A DNA stretch of 64,000 nucleotides from an uncultured Candidatus Entotheonella sp. (lineage in GTDB: Bacteria; Tectomicrobia; Entotheonellia; Entotheonellales; Entotheonellaceae): the NCBI GenBank assembly GCA_965215335.1, contig CBDCDA010000001.1, positions 2,016,001 to 2,080,000 of the forward strand. The letters are read 5' to 3'. Made by a program: the position numbers and the translations under genes. Shown here in pieces: positions 48,926 to 58,616 of the stretch (position 1 is the first letter of the stretch; each line of letters starts with the position of its first letter). The notes beneath the pieces are model-generated. The model was not told where the DNA came from. It saw nothing but the letters and a program-made list of their open reading frames with translations, and made no database searches.

Positions 48926-48984
48926 TGCGTCGCTCGCTGACGCGAGCGGCACGCACGTCTTGATACGCCCTGTCTCGCTGACGC
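48926..48984. repeat. Hairpin plus partial direct repeat (REP-like)
   Basis: TGCGT-CGCTCGC-TGAC-GCGAGCG-GC-ACGCA hairpin; CTCGCTGACGC occurs at 48933 and 48974. Confidence 0.55.
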
Positions 48985-49021
48985 TCGCAGGTCTGTGGGC
49001 AGGCGGTGGAGGCCGTCCCTC

Positions 49022-50365
49022 ATGACCAGCCCTTCTCTCGCTGACTGGATTTCCGGCCTGCGCTTCGAAGCCCTGCCGCGCCGTGTCCGCAGCCGCGCCA
49101 AGCTGGCCGTGTTCGACGCCTGCGGCACCGCGCTGGCCGGCACGCACCACCCGGCCGCGCAGCACGTGCGGCGCCTGATCGCGGACATGGGAGCGGCACC
49201 GCAGGTTCGCCTCATCGGCAACGCGTCGCTGCGCGTGAGCCAGCTCGACGCCGCCTGGCTACTGGGTACCATGACGGACGCCTACCTCTACAGCGACGTT
49301 CACATCCCCAGCGGCGGGCATTTCACCTCGGTTCTGCTGCCGGTTCTGCTGGCTGTGAGCGAGGTTCGAGAAGTCAGCGGGCCGGAGGCGCTGACGGCGT
49401 ACGCCGCTGGTTACGAGGTTGCCACACGCCTGGCGGCGGTTGTCGATTCCGACCGGCGGCAAGGTTGGCACATGACCGCCGTTGCCGGGACGATGGGCGC
49501 CACGGCAGCCGCGGGCCGGTTGCTTGGCCTGTCGCCCGAGCAGTTGCGCCATGCCTTTGTGCTGGCCGCGGGAGAGACGACCGGCGGCGATGGTTCGGCG
49601 ATGCAGAGCGGCCGGGCCGCGCGTAGCGGGCTGCTCAGCGCCTTGCTGGCAGGGCAGGGCTTCAGCAGCGACGCGAAGGCCGGCGAGGAACTCGCGGCTT
49701 GGCTGGCGCTTTTTGGGGATGGGTCAATTCAGACCGACAGGACGCTGAAGAGGTGGGGTGACGATTTCGCGCTGGACCGCGCCGAGTTGCACTTCAAGCT
49801 GTACCCCACCGCCATAACCGCGCATGGCTTTATCGACGCCGCGCTGACGCTGCATCAACAGAGCGCCACGCCCGATCAGGTGCGGCGTCTCGTCTGCCGG
49901 GTGAGCCCGTCCGCCGCGCCGGCCCTGTCCTTTGCGCCCGACACCCCACAGCAGGCGCAGCGCAGCCTGCCGTATGTCGTCGCGGTGGCCCTGTGCGATG
50001 GCCGGGTGGGCTTGGCGCAGTTCAACCCCTCCCGCGTGTCGGCTGACGAGGTGCAAGCCCTGACGGGGCGTGTCGAGGTGGAGCAGGACGCATCCTTCGA
50101 GACACCAGACGGCTCTGACGCCTCTGCCGTCTTGCGAGCCGATCTCAACGACGGCCGCAGCCTGGTCGAGACCGTCGAACACGCCCGCGGCAGCCCGCAG
50201 CGCCCGCCGACACGTCCCGAATTCGAGGCCAAATTCCGCCAGTGCGCCACCGCCGTGCTGTCAACCGAGCGGGCGCTGATGGTGGCGCGCTGCCTGTATC
50301 AGCTCGACACCCTGCCGGACCTGCGCACCCTGGTGGACACGCTCAGTACGGCGCCGCGATCCTGA
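49022..50365 (+). CDS. MmgE/PrpD family protein (divergent)
   Basis: D..G..LAG, DVH..GGH, AYAAGYEV, GWH.T, KLYP...AH, SLPYVVA, RGSP..P, KF. Confidence 0.88.
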   Translation: MTSPSLADWISGLRFEALPRRVRSRAKLAVFDACGTALAGTHHPAAQHVRRLIADMGAAPQVRLIGNASLRVSQLDAAWLLGTMTDAYLYSDVHIPSGGHFTSVLLPVLLAVSEVREVSGPEALTAYAAGYEVATRLAAVVDSDRRQGWHMTAVAGTMGATAAAGRLLGLSPEQLRHAFVLAAGETTGGDGSAMQSGRAARSGLLSALLAGQGFSSDAKAGEELAAWLALFGDGSIQTDRTLKRWGDDFALDRAELHFKLYPTAITAHGFIDAALTLHQQSATPDQVRRLVCRVSPSAAPALSFAPDTPQQAQRSLPYVVAVALCDGRVGLAQFNPSRVSADEVQALTGRVEVEQDASFETPDGSDASAVLRADLNDGRSLVETVEHARGSPQRPPTRPEFEAKFRQCATAVLSTERALMVARCLYQLDTLPDLRTLVDTLSTAPRS

Positions 50366-50394
50366 GTCCTTATCCCCTTGAATTGGAGGTTACG

Positions 50395-50844
50395 ATGGCG
50401 ATCGACATTCCCTTCGGCCAACCCGTTGCCGTGCTGTCCGGCGATCCCGGAGACAGCGCCGAACGCGCCGCGCAGGCGCAGGCGGCTTTGGAGGCAGGCG
50501 AGATCGAGCCGGCGGCCTGCCGCGAACGGCTGAACGCCATTGCGTCGCAGTACCCGACCTCGTTGAGTGTCTGGACGGCGCTTGGCGAGATGGTACTGTC
50601 CGATGACGTGATCGCGGCGTACGCCTTTTTCCGCACGGGGTATCACCGCGGCCTCGACCGTGCCCGCGCCACCGGCTGGAACGGCACGCAGCGACTGCGC
50701 TGGCAGGACGAGCCCAACCGGCCGTTCCTGCGTTGCCTGAACGGGCTGCGGCAGGCCGCCGAAGTTATCGGCGAGACCGCGGAGGTGACGCGAATCGGTC
50801 ATTTCCTGCGCGACCTGGACCCCGATCACCCGTTCGATTCGTAG
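50395..50844 (+). CDS. DUF3151 family protein
   Basis: AYAFFRTGYHRGLD..R..GW.G....W..EPNRPFLRCL, FLRD.DP; GGAGG RBS. Confidence 0.8.
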   Translation: MAIDIPFGQPVAVLSGDPGDSAERAAQAQAALEAGEIEPAACRERLNAIASQYPTSLSVWTALGEMVLSDDVIAAYAFFRTGYHRGLDRARATGWNGTQRLRWQDEPNRPFLRCLNGLRQAAEVIGETAEVTRIGHFLRDLDPDHPFDS

Positions 50845-50879
50845 CGCACCGGCCCGCGCCGGCCGGTGAGGATTGAAAC

Positions 50880-51758
50880 ATGACCCTCGAGGACGTCATT
50901 CTGGCGCCGGACAGGAGGGGGATTGCGGCTCTACGGCGGCATCTTCCGGTCGGCTTCTGCGAGGCGGCGGCGCGGTTTCTGCTGCAGCACGCGGGAATGG
51001 TGCTGATTGCCACCGGCTTCTACGTGCAACGCGCCGACGCGCCCGAAACCGACGGCCCGCCGGGGGCGCTGGCGCTGGGACAGGCGCTGGCAGCCCTGGA
51101 TAACCGGGTGGTGTACGTCAGCGACGCTTGCACCGCACCCCTGCTGGCCGACCTGGCCCCGAGCGGCACGGAAACGGTGGATTTCCCCATTGCCGACGAT
51201 GCAACAAGCCGTCAGGTTGCCCGCGCCCTGCTCGACCGCATCGCGCCGACCATTTTGATCGCCATCGAACGCTGCGGTCTTACCCGCAGCGGGACCTACC
51301 TGAACATGCGCGGGCAAGACATCTCCCCGCACACCGCCCGGCTCGACCACCTTTTCCGGCAGCATCCGCACACCGTCGGCATCGGCGACGGCGGCAACGA
51401 GATCGGCATGGGAAACCTGGCGCCTCGCATCCCCGAGGTGCCCACCCTGCCCAACGAGCCTGCCGTCACCCGCACGACGCATCTGGTCATCGCCAGCGTC
51501 GCCAACTGGGGCGCGTACGGCGTGGTGGCCGCGTTGTCTCGCCTGGCAGGCCGCAATCTGCTGCCGCAGCCTGCCGACGAATCGGCCCGCATTCGCCGCC
51601 TGGTTTCCCTGGGGGCCGTGGACGGCGTGACCGGCATTGCGGACTGCACGGTGGACAGTTTCAATCTGTCCGAAAATTCGGCTGTCCTCGAGCGCCTGAA
51701 CGGTTTATTGGAGACGGATGGGATACGGCGGAAAGACGAAGCAGGTCAGGACCTGTAG
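50880..51758 (+). CDS. D-glutamate cyclase C-terminal-like (DUF4392) protein
   Basis: RGI..L, IATGF, ETDGPPGA, IAIER.G, NMRG.DIS, GIGDGGNEIGMG, VANWG, VDG. Confidence 0.88.
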   Translation: MTLEDVILAPDRRGIAALRRHLPVGFCEAAARFLLQHAGMVLIATGFYVQRADAPETDGPPGALALGQALAALDNRVVYVSDACTAPLLADLAPSGTETVDFPIADDATSRQVARALLDRIAPTILIAIERCGLTRSGTYLNMRGQDISPHTARLDHLFRQHPHTVGIGDGGNEIGMGNLAPRIPEVPTLPNEPAVTRTTHLVIASVANWGAYGVVAALSRLAGRNLLPQPADESARIRRLVSLGAVDGVTGIADCTVDSFNLSENSAVLERLNGLLETDGIRRKDEAGQDL

Positions 51759-51975
51759 CGGCCCGAGTCGTTTCATTCCTTGTCGAATCGAAAGTCCGTC
51801 ATCCCGGCAACGTGCATAATGTCCAAGCGTCCGGCAATTTTCGCCGACTTCGCCTCTTGCCGGGCCCAGGAGGTTTCCTTGGTTACAATGGCTCGGTTCG
51901 GCGCCACTGAATCACCATCCATCCGTGGTAGCTAACGACCGGCAAAGCCTGACCTTGCGATGCGACCCGTTTATA

Positions 51976-51989
51976 GACTAAATTTAGTC
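51976..51989. promoter_or_regulatory. Palindromic operator of the TA module
   Basis: Perfect 14-bp palindrome GACTAAATTTAGTC just upstream of the antitoxin RBS AAGGAGGTGA. Confidence 0.65.
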
Positions 51990-52010
51990 CGAAAAAAGGA
52001 GGTGACGTTC

Positions 52011-52287
52011 ATAAAACTATCCAGCCAGATCAGGCCGATCAGTTACCTCAAAGCCCATGCCGCCGAGATTGTGCGCACGCTCGCGGCCCAAGGGGAGCCC
52101 TTGATCATCACCCAGAACGGTGAGGCCAAGGCGGTCGTACAGGATATCCGAAGCTACGAGCAGACACAGGAAACCATGGCGCTGCTCAAGATCCTCGCGC
52201 TGGGGGGGCCGTCAGATCGAAGCGGGTCAGGTGCAACCCGCTACTGACGTGATCGCGCGGCTCCGGAAGCGGCAACAGGCTCGCTGA
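52011..52287 (+). pseudogene. Phd/YefM family antitoxin with mutated start and frameshift
   Basis: ATA at the start position; IRPISYLKAHAAEI, PLIITQNGEAKAVVQD; +1 in the G7 run at 52202-52208; the shifted frame continues RQIEAGQVQPA.DVIARLR to TGA. Confidence 0.85.
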
Positions 52288-52380
52288 TGTTATTCCGGGT
52301 TCAGTTGACTGATGACGCGACACGCGACGTGGGGGATATCTGCGATTACATCGACCGGCACGAAGCGCCGGGGCGAGCGG
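52287..52380 (+). pseudogene. Truncated RelE/ParE family toxin
   Basis: MLFRVQLTDDATRDVGDICDYIDRHEAPGRA with TGATG coupling to the antitoxin; similarity is lost after about 31 codons. Confidence 0.75.
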
Positions 52381-52519
52381 GTCCATTGATGCAGCAATGT
52401 CTTCCCTCTTTGCAACGACCATTTGATTGCCTTGATCGGCAGCAACGCGACCCAAGCATGTGCTTGTACCCTGTTTTCTGGCACGCCTACATGTTTAAGG
52501 GATCGGACCCCTCACTTTA

Positions 52520-53578
52520 TCATGCGTTAACCGTGCCCGTTTGCTTGAACTCAATATTTAGGGCAGGAAACATCTCGGCTAATTTCCTTCCGGCGCCAAG
52601 GGTTGCGTGGCCCCACTGGTTGGATAGGACGTATGTCCTGTCCTCGATCTGGAAAGGCTCACCGTCAGCACAAAAGAACCGCTGAGTCCGTAATACCTTT
52701 CTCCCAGTATCTTCCTGCATTAGCTGCTCTCGGATCTGTTCCGCATCGAGCCGGCCTTCGAAAACCTTGAGTTTGCTCGAGGGGAGGGCCTCCATGACTT
52801 GCTGCGGGTTTCCGCCGCTATCAAACACCCCTGAAACGAGCCGGAACATCATATAACGCTTGTTTTGGTTCAAGAATTGTTTGCCGCCTATGGTCACGTC
52901 GTACTTACTGAGATCTCGGGCGCTTTTTTTTGCCACCTGCTCTTTCTGCCTCTTCTCGCGAATACGAATTTGATACTCCTCCGTTTCCGGGGTCGGGATA
53001 ATAGTTTGAATGGCTAACAATACTTGCCCGTCATGGTCGTAAGGACGCATTCGGACACACCGGATATCCAGCCCCCGCTCGTTCAGCCACAGCACCGTCG
53101 TCGTCAGTTCCTTTGAGAATTCGGCAGAGGCAAGCACGATTTTGATTTCTTGGCCAAGTGTCTCATCGTCCGAATCACCCCATTCCAAAAATTCGCGAAG
53201 GCTATCTCTTGCGTCCTTCTCCTTGTTGTTATCTTTCAAGTACTGATCTTATGTTGACACCAGCACGTCGAAGGTCATCGTAGAAATCATTGCGGCATAA
53301 CGGATCGCCTGAAGTTCCATATGTCCGCCATCCTCGGTACGCTTCAGCTCGATCACGACGAGGTTAGCGTTCTTGTCGATACCCAGCAGATCGATGCGCC
53401 GCCGACTGTCCTCCCAGCCGCCGAATTCCTCAGCGACGATCAATGTATTTGGAGAGATGACTTCAGGTCGGGATTTCAGTAGGGCCTGGAGATGTTTCTG
53501 TTCTTTCAAGCCCTGTTGTTCGAAAGTCGTGGGTGCGATCGGGGTAATTTTCTTCTCATCAATGATGTAAAGCGTCAT
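52520..53578 (-). pseudogene. NucS/EndoMS-like PD-(D/E)XK nuclease with one in-frame stop
   Basis: E..LQ.LL, VAEEF, RRIDLLGID...NLVVIELKR, LQAIRYAA; TAA at 53249-53251 is in frame with the downstream ORF; lower GC. Confidence 0.8.
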
Positions 53579-53680
53579 CTATCATTCCTCATGGTCGCCC
53601 AGACCAGAACCCCTGGCGCGGAACTGACCAACCTGACATGGCTGGATTTGGAAGCAATGATTGGCCCGCAGGAATGCCGC

Positions 53681-54682
53681 TCACGCCCAAGGCAGGAATA
53701 CGGTTGCCCCCGTGGTCTCCCTTGCTTCCAGCGCCCGGTGCGCTTCGGCGGCCTCCGAGAGCGGGTAGACCTGGTTCACGACCGGGCGCACGACGCCTTG
53801 GCCGAGGACGTCGAACAGTTCTTCGCCACTGTGCTCCAGGGCGTCGCGCGTCCCGAGGTAGTGCATGATGGCGGGACGGGTGAGAAAGAGGGAGCCGCGC
53901 GCGCCGAGCTCGATGACGTCGACGGGGTCGGGAGGGCCGGAGGCGTGGCCGTAGCTCGCCATCATGCCGAGCGGGCGCAGGCAGTCGAGCGAACGGCGGA
54001 ACGTGTCCTTGCCGATCGATTCATAGACGACGGCGCAGCCCGCGCCGTTCGTCACCTCGCGGACGGTGGCGACGAAATCTCCCTCGCCGTGGATGACGAC
54101 GTGCTCCGCCCCGGCCGCCCGTGCCTCCTCTGCTTTCGCCACCGAGCTCACGGTGCCGATGACGGTCGCCCCGAGATGCCTCGTCCACTGGCAGAGGAGC
54201 AGGCCCGTGGCGCCCGCCGCGGCGTGGACGAGCACGGCGTCGCCCCGCGCCACGCGGTACGTCCGCCGCACGAGATATTGCACGGTCAGGCCCTTGAGCA
54301 TCGAGGCAGCGAGGATACGGTCGTCGAGATGGTCGAGGGTGGCCGGCACCCTGAGGAGATTCGCCGCCGGATAGTTGCGCACCTGGCTGTAGGCGCCGTG
54401 GGGCGGCAGGGCATAGGCGACCCGGTCGCCCGCCGCAAACCCGGTGACGCCGGGCCCGACCGCCTCGACGCGCCCGGCGCCCTCGAAGCCGAGCACGACC
54501 GGCAGCGGCGGCACCGGCCAGGGGTGCGGGACGCCGCGGCGGTGATAGGTATCGACGAAGTTGAGCCCGACCGCTTCGTTGCGCAGCCGAACCTCGCCGG
54601 GGCCCGGCGCCGGTACGTCGATGGACTCCCAGCGCAACACGTCGGGCGCCCCCTTCTCATGAATCACCGCTGCCATCGGCAT
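53681..54682 (-). CDS. NADPH:quinone oxidoreductase (zeta-crystallin/MDR family)
   Basis: GLNFVD.Y.R.G, LGFEGAG, LKGLT..YL, HAAAGATG, GSLFLTRP, TTG. Confidence 0.92.
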   Translation of the reverse strand: MPMAAVIHEKGAPDVLRWESIDVPAPGPGEVRLRNEAVGLNFVDTYHRRGVPHPWPVPPLPVVLGFEGAGRVEAVGPGVTGFAAGDRVAYALPPHGAYSQVRNYPAANLLRVPATLDHLDDRILAASMLKGLTVQYLVRRTYRVARGDAVLVHAAAGATGLLLCQWTRHLGATVIGTVSSVAKAEEARAAGAEHVVIHGEGDFVATVREVTNGAGCAVVYESIGKDTFRRSLDCLRPLGMMASYGHASGPPDPVDVIELGARGSLFLTRPAIMHYLGTRDALEHSGEELFDVLGQGVVRPVVNQVYPLSEAAEAHRALEARETTGATVFLPWA

Positions 54683-54737
54683 CGGTCGCTTTCCTCCTGC
54701 GCTACACGATCCCTTCACCGGGCCGGGAATCTGGCCT

Positions 54738-55910
54738 TCAGGGCCTGGTGGCGCGCATCGAGCCAGGGTGACCGGGCAGCGCCAGCCTGCGGCCCGTATC
54801 GACAATCTGGCCGTCTTGCACCTCGAACACGCTGACGTCGGCATCCAGCAGGTTGGCCACCAGCAGCCAGCGGCCATCCGGGCTGAAGGCCAGCGCTTCG
54901 GGAACGCCGCCGGCCGGAAGTTCCGCCACGTGGCGCACGCCCGCGTCGCTGATCTCGAACACCTGGATGCAACCCGGACTGCGCAGGAACCAGGCGTCCG
55001 GCGGCGCGTCGCTGCCGCACAGGTTGCCGGTCACTGCCAGACGGCTGTCCGGGCTGATGGTGATGCCCTCCGGCGCGTCGCCCGCCGCCAGGTGGTCGAT
55101 GACGCGCGGCGGACTGTGCTGCAAGTCGATCACCGTGATCGAGTCGATATTGCCGTCGGAGCGCCCGTTGTTGCCCGTGTTGGCCACGATGGCCAAGCGC
55201 CCGTCGGGGGTGATGTCGGCGTTGTACGGGTAATCGCCAACCGCCAGGTCCGGCCCGGCGAGGGTGACCTCGGCGCCGTCGAGGGCCAGAAACGATACCT
55301 GGTCCGTGCTGGCCTTGTTGATCATCGCCCGTTTGCCGTCCGGCGTGAACGCCACGTGGGTGACCTGATCGCCCGTTTCCACCTTGCCCTCGAAACGCAC
55401 CTGCTTGCCTTCGATGCTGAGCACCGACACGGAAGTCTCGGCGCGGTTGGCGACGAGCGCCAGGCGCCCGTCGGGGCTGATGGCCATGCCGGAGGGCTGG
55501 CGGCCCACGGTGAGGGTGTCGAGGACCCGCGGCGGATCCGCCTCCAGGTCGATGACGTGCAGTTTGTCGCTGGGCACGAACTTGGGCGGCGCGGCGTCGG
55601 GAGCGATCATCACCGCCTCCGTCACCAGCGCCAGGCGGTTGTCCGCGGTGACGGCCAGATTGGTCGGCGGGCCGAAGATGCTGTTCGGCACCTCAACCGT
55701 GGCGCGCAGCGCCGGGCCGTCCGCGCCGATGTCGATGATGGACACGGATTGCACGCCCTGCGGGTCGATCTGCAGCTTGCCGTCGACGACCAGGGCCTTG
55801 TTGTCGTTGCCTGCGATGATTACCTGTGCCAGCGGGGCCGAGGGGAATTGGACGGCCAGCGCAACGGCCAGCGGCGCCAGCAGCCAGCGAATGCTTGGAA
55901 GGGTTCTCAT
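54738..55910 (-). CDS. Secreted YncE/YVTN-type beta-propeller protein
   Basis: Signal peptide; repeated VG..P.G.A(I/F)SPDGR.ALVAN blades. Confidence 0.88.
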   Translation of the reverse strand: MRTLPSIRWLLAPLAVALAVQFPSAPLAQVIIAGNDNKALVVDGKLQIDPQGVQSVSIIDIGADGPALRATVEVPNSIFGPPTNLAVTADNRLALVTEAVMIAPDAAPPKFVPSDKLHVIDLEADPPRVLDTLTVGRQPSGMAISPDGRLALVANRAETSVSVLSIEGKQVRFEGKVETGDQVTHVAFTPDGKRAMINKASTDQVSFLALDGAEVTLAGPDLAVGDYPYNADITPDGRLAIVANTGNNGRSDGNIDSITVIDLQHSPPRVIDHLAAGDAPEGITISPDSRLAVTGNLCGSDAPPDAWFLRSPGCIQVFEISDAGVRHVAELPAGGVPEALAFSPDGRWLLVANLLDADVSVFEVQDGQIVDTGRRLALPGHPGSMRATRP

Positions 55911-56106
55911 GGTAGTGGGTTCCTCCAGCTAAATGCCGCGCGATGTTCCTTACCTTGCGTAGGTTTGCCGGATAGGGTCCGTTTCGGGACAACGATTATA
56001 CCACGCCGGGGTGCGCTCGCCTCTGGCGATCGGCGCCCCTCTCCCCTATGATGGGCGCTTTCTTCGTTACCCATCGGCCACCCATCCGGAAAGGGGGGAA
56101 CGTCAT

Positions 56107-56895
56107 ATGGACCGGGTAGCTGCCGCGGCTGACTTCCTGGTGGAACTTCGGCGCACACGGGGCGTTGCGGAAGCCCTGCCGCAAGCCTGCCGGCCGGAGG
56201 GCACGTCCGCAGCCTACGCCGTGCAGGCCGCTCTCGTCGAACGACTCCTGGCGCCGTCGCAGGGGCGCGCGGTGGGCTATAAAGTGGCGTGCACCAACAA
56301 GCTGGCGCAAGACCTGCTGCGTGTCGCCGGGCCGTTCTGCGGCCGGCTGTTGTCGCCGACGACCTATGCGGCGCCGGCCCGCCTGTCCGCCGGCGACTTC
56401 GTGCACCGTATCATCGAAGCGGAGTTCGCCTTCGAGATGGCCGATACGGTGCCCGCAGCAGCCGAGCCCTATACCGCGGCATCCATCGCCCCCTTCGTGC
56501 GCGCCGTGCTGCCGGCTATCGAGATCGTCGATTGGCACTACCTGGACTGGACCACCGCCGGGGCGCTGTCGCTGATCGCCGACAACGCCATCCACGGCGC
56601 CTGGATTGCCGGCGAGCCGTGCGCGGCATGGCGCGATCTGGATTTGGCCATGCACGACGTGCGGCTCATCGTCAACGGGCACGTCACCACACGAGGCAAC
56701 GGCGCTGCCGTGCTGGGCCATCCGCTCAACGTGCTGGCCTGGCTCGCCAATGAGCTGACCAGGTTCGGCGGCGCCCTGAAGGCCGGGGAGCGGGTCAGCA
56801 CCGGCGTCTGCACCGACGTTTACGAGGGCAAGGTCGGCGACCATGTGCGGGCCGATTTCGGCGTCCTGGGTGGGGTCGATCTGGTCTTCGATTAG
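56107..56895 (+). CDS. 2-keto-4-pentenoate hydratase-like (FAH family)
   Basis: AYAVQ, GYKVA.T, IEAEFAF, PAIEIVD, IADN, LGHPL..LAWLAN, STG. Confidence 0.9.
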   Translation: MDRVAAAADFLVELRRTRGVAEALPQACRPEGTSAAYAVQAALVERLLAPSQGRAVGYKVACTNKLAQDLLRVAGPFCGRLLSPTTYAAPARLSAGDFVHRIIEAEFAFEMADTVPAAAEPYTAASIAPFVRAVLPAIEIVDWHYLDWTTAGALSLIADNAIHGAWIAGEPCAAWRDLDLAMHDVRLIVNGHVTTRGNGAAVLGHPLNVLAWLANELTRFGGALKAGERVSTGVCTDVYEGKVGDHVRADFGVLGGVDLVFD

Positions 56896-57737
56896 GTTCA
56901 GGACTCATAACCAGAAGATGACCGTGGCAGCAATACAGATAGCGCTGTAGAAAGTGTGCGCACAGCGATCATGGCGTGTGGCGATACGGCGCCAATCCTT
57001 GAGGCGACCGAACAGGCGCTCGATGAGATTACGGCTCTTGTAAAGCTCCGTGTCGTAGACAATCGGCTCTTTACGATTGGCACGGCCTGGAATACAGGGC
57101 TTGATCTTGCGCTCGGCAAGCGCCTTGCGCAGCCGGTTGCTGTCATAACCCTTGTCGGCAATCAGCACGTCGGCCTCCGGCAATGCGGGCGGCGCCATGT
57201 CTGCCCCGCGATAGTCGCTGACCCGGCCCGCAGTCAACACCATGACGACGGGCTTGCCGTCGCCGTCGCAGACGGCGTGAAGTTTCGAGTTGAGGCCGCC
57301 GCGGGTACGCCCGACATGGCGCGGAAAAGCCCCCCCCGAGCAGGCTGGCAGCGGTGCGATGCGCCTTGAGATGCGTGCTGTCGATCATGACGGTCTCGGT
57401 GGCCGTGCTGTCGGCGGCCAGGGTTTGGAAGATGCGGTCGAAGACACCGTCCTTGCTCCAGCCGCACGAAGCGGTTGTAGAGCGTCTTGTGGAGACCGTA
57501 GCAGGCGGGCGCGTGGCGCCACATCAGACCGTATCGAATGACGTGGATGATGCCGCTGATGACCTTTCGGTCATCGACGCGCGGGACGCCGCGCACCTTG
57601 TTGGGTAGCAGGGGTTGGAGTCGGGCAAACTGCGCATCGGAGAGCCAGAAGTGATGATCGGGCATGATGAACCTCCCCATGGAGTCAGGGTCTTGAATCC
57701 GATATGTTCAATGATAACCCTTTATAGGTCCTGAGCC
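56895..57737 (-). mobile_element. IS5 family (IS427-like) insertion sequence, 843 bp, frameshifted transposase
   Basis: 16-bp terminal IRs GGTTCAGGACTCATAA / GGCTCAGGACCTATAA (3 mismatches), TA duplication; transposase in three frames (WLSDAQF..RGVPRVDDR, MIDSTHLKAH, GRTRGGLNSKLH, ADKGYD, YK.RNLIER.F.RLKDWRRIATR). Confidence 0.93.
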
Positions 57738-57750
57738 TAGGGAGTTGGGG

Positions 57751-58602
57751 ATGGTGGAACGCATGACGTGGCTCATTGTAACAGCCCTGCTCGTCTTCGG
57801 CTATACGGCGGTCGTGGCGGCGGACGGCTCCCCAGCGGCAGTTCGGGAAATCGCGCGCGGTCACGCCTTGCTGTCGGCGGCGCGTCTGGGGCCGACGGGG
57901 AAGGAACGAGAAGCCCTGCTGTCCGAGGCTGTCGAGGCGTTCAAGTCGGGGTATCGGTGGTTTGGCCGCCACACTCAGATGCGGGCCTTGCTGGGCGCGG
58001 CGCAGGGCTATCTGATGATGCAGACGCCGCGTCGCGTCTTTCCATTCCTGTGGCAGGCGACACCATTGCAGCGTGCAAAGAGAAGTGCGCAACAGGCGAT
58101 GGTCATGCAGCCGGACAGCCCGGCGGCGGCCTTCCTGCTGGGACTGATCTACTGGCGTCAGGCGCAGACCGCCGAAGATCCGGCCGAGACCATGGCGCTA
58201 AGCAGCGAATACCTGTCCAAAGCCGCCGGCTTGGGGATGCCCGTGGCGGCGTCTGGTGCGGCGGACGGCTCGCCGCATGCCTTTCAGATGGGGGATACGG
58301 CCCTGGTGCTGCGATACGCCGACGCGCGCGGCACGGGGAAGCCGGAGGATCTGCTGTTCATGTATGAGAAGTATGAGAAGGCGGAGAAGCGGTATGTCGG
58401 CGTTGTCGTGACAATGGGCAAGGCGTACCCGCTGGTCGCGGATGCGGTGACCGGGACAGTGGCCGACGGCTTATTTGGAAGGATCAGCGTCGAAGCGCAG
58501 CCGCAAGGTGCGCCGCGAATCGTCATCCATGCCCGGCAGGGGGGCCGGCAAATCGTCGTGTCGTTCGCGTGGAATGGCGGTAGGTTCGTATCGTCAGACT
58601 GA
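57751..58602 (+). CDS. Hypothetical secreted protein with TPR-like helices
   Basis: GGAG RBS, signal peptide, QPDSPAAAFLLGLIY TPR-like motif. Confidence 0.7.
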   Translation: MVERMTWLIVTALLVFGYTAVVAADGSPAAVREIARGHALLSAARLGPTGKEREALLSEAVEAFKSGYRWFGRHTQMRALLGAAQGYLMMQTPRRVFPFLWQATPLQRAKRSAQQAMVMQPDSPAAAFLLGLIYWRQAQTAEDPAETMALSSEYLSKAAGLGMPVAASGAADGSPHAFQMGDTALVLRYADARGTGKPEDLLFMYEKYEKAEKRYVGVVVTMGKAYPLVADAVTGTVADGLFGRISVEAQPQGAPRIVIHARQGGRQIVVSFAWNGGRFVSSD

Positions 58603-58616
58603 CTCGGGGCAGGGGT

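Noticed and set aside
53249..53251. Recoded stop (selenocysteine or pyrrolysine)
   Set aside because: The codon is TAA, not TGA or TAG; a nonsense mutation is simpler.
58363..58380. TATGAGAAG twice (YEKYEK)
   Set aside because: A trivial in-frame 9-bp slippage with no evident significance.
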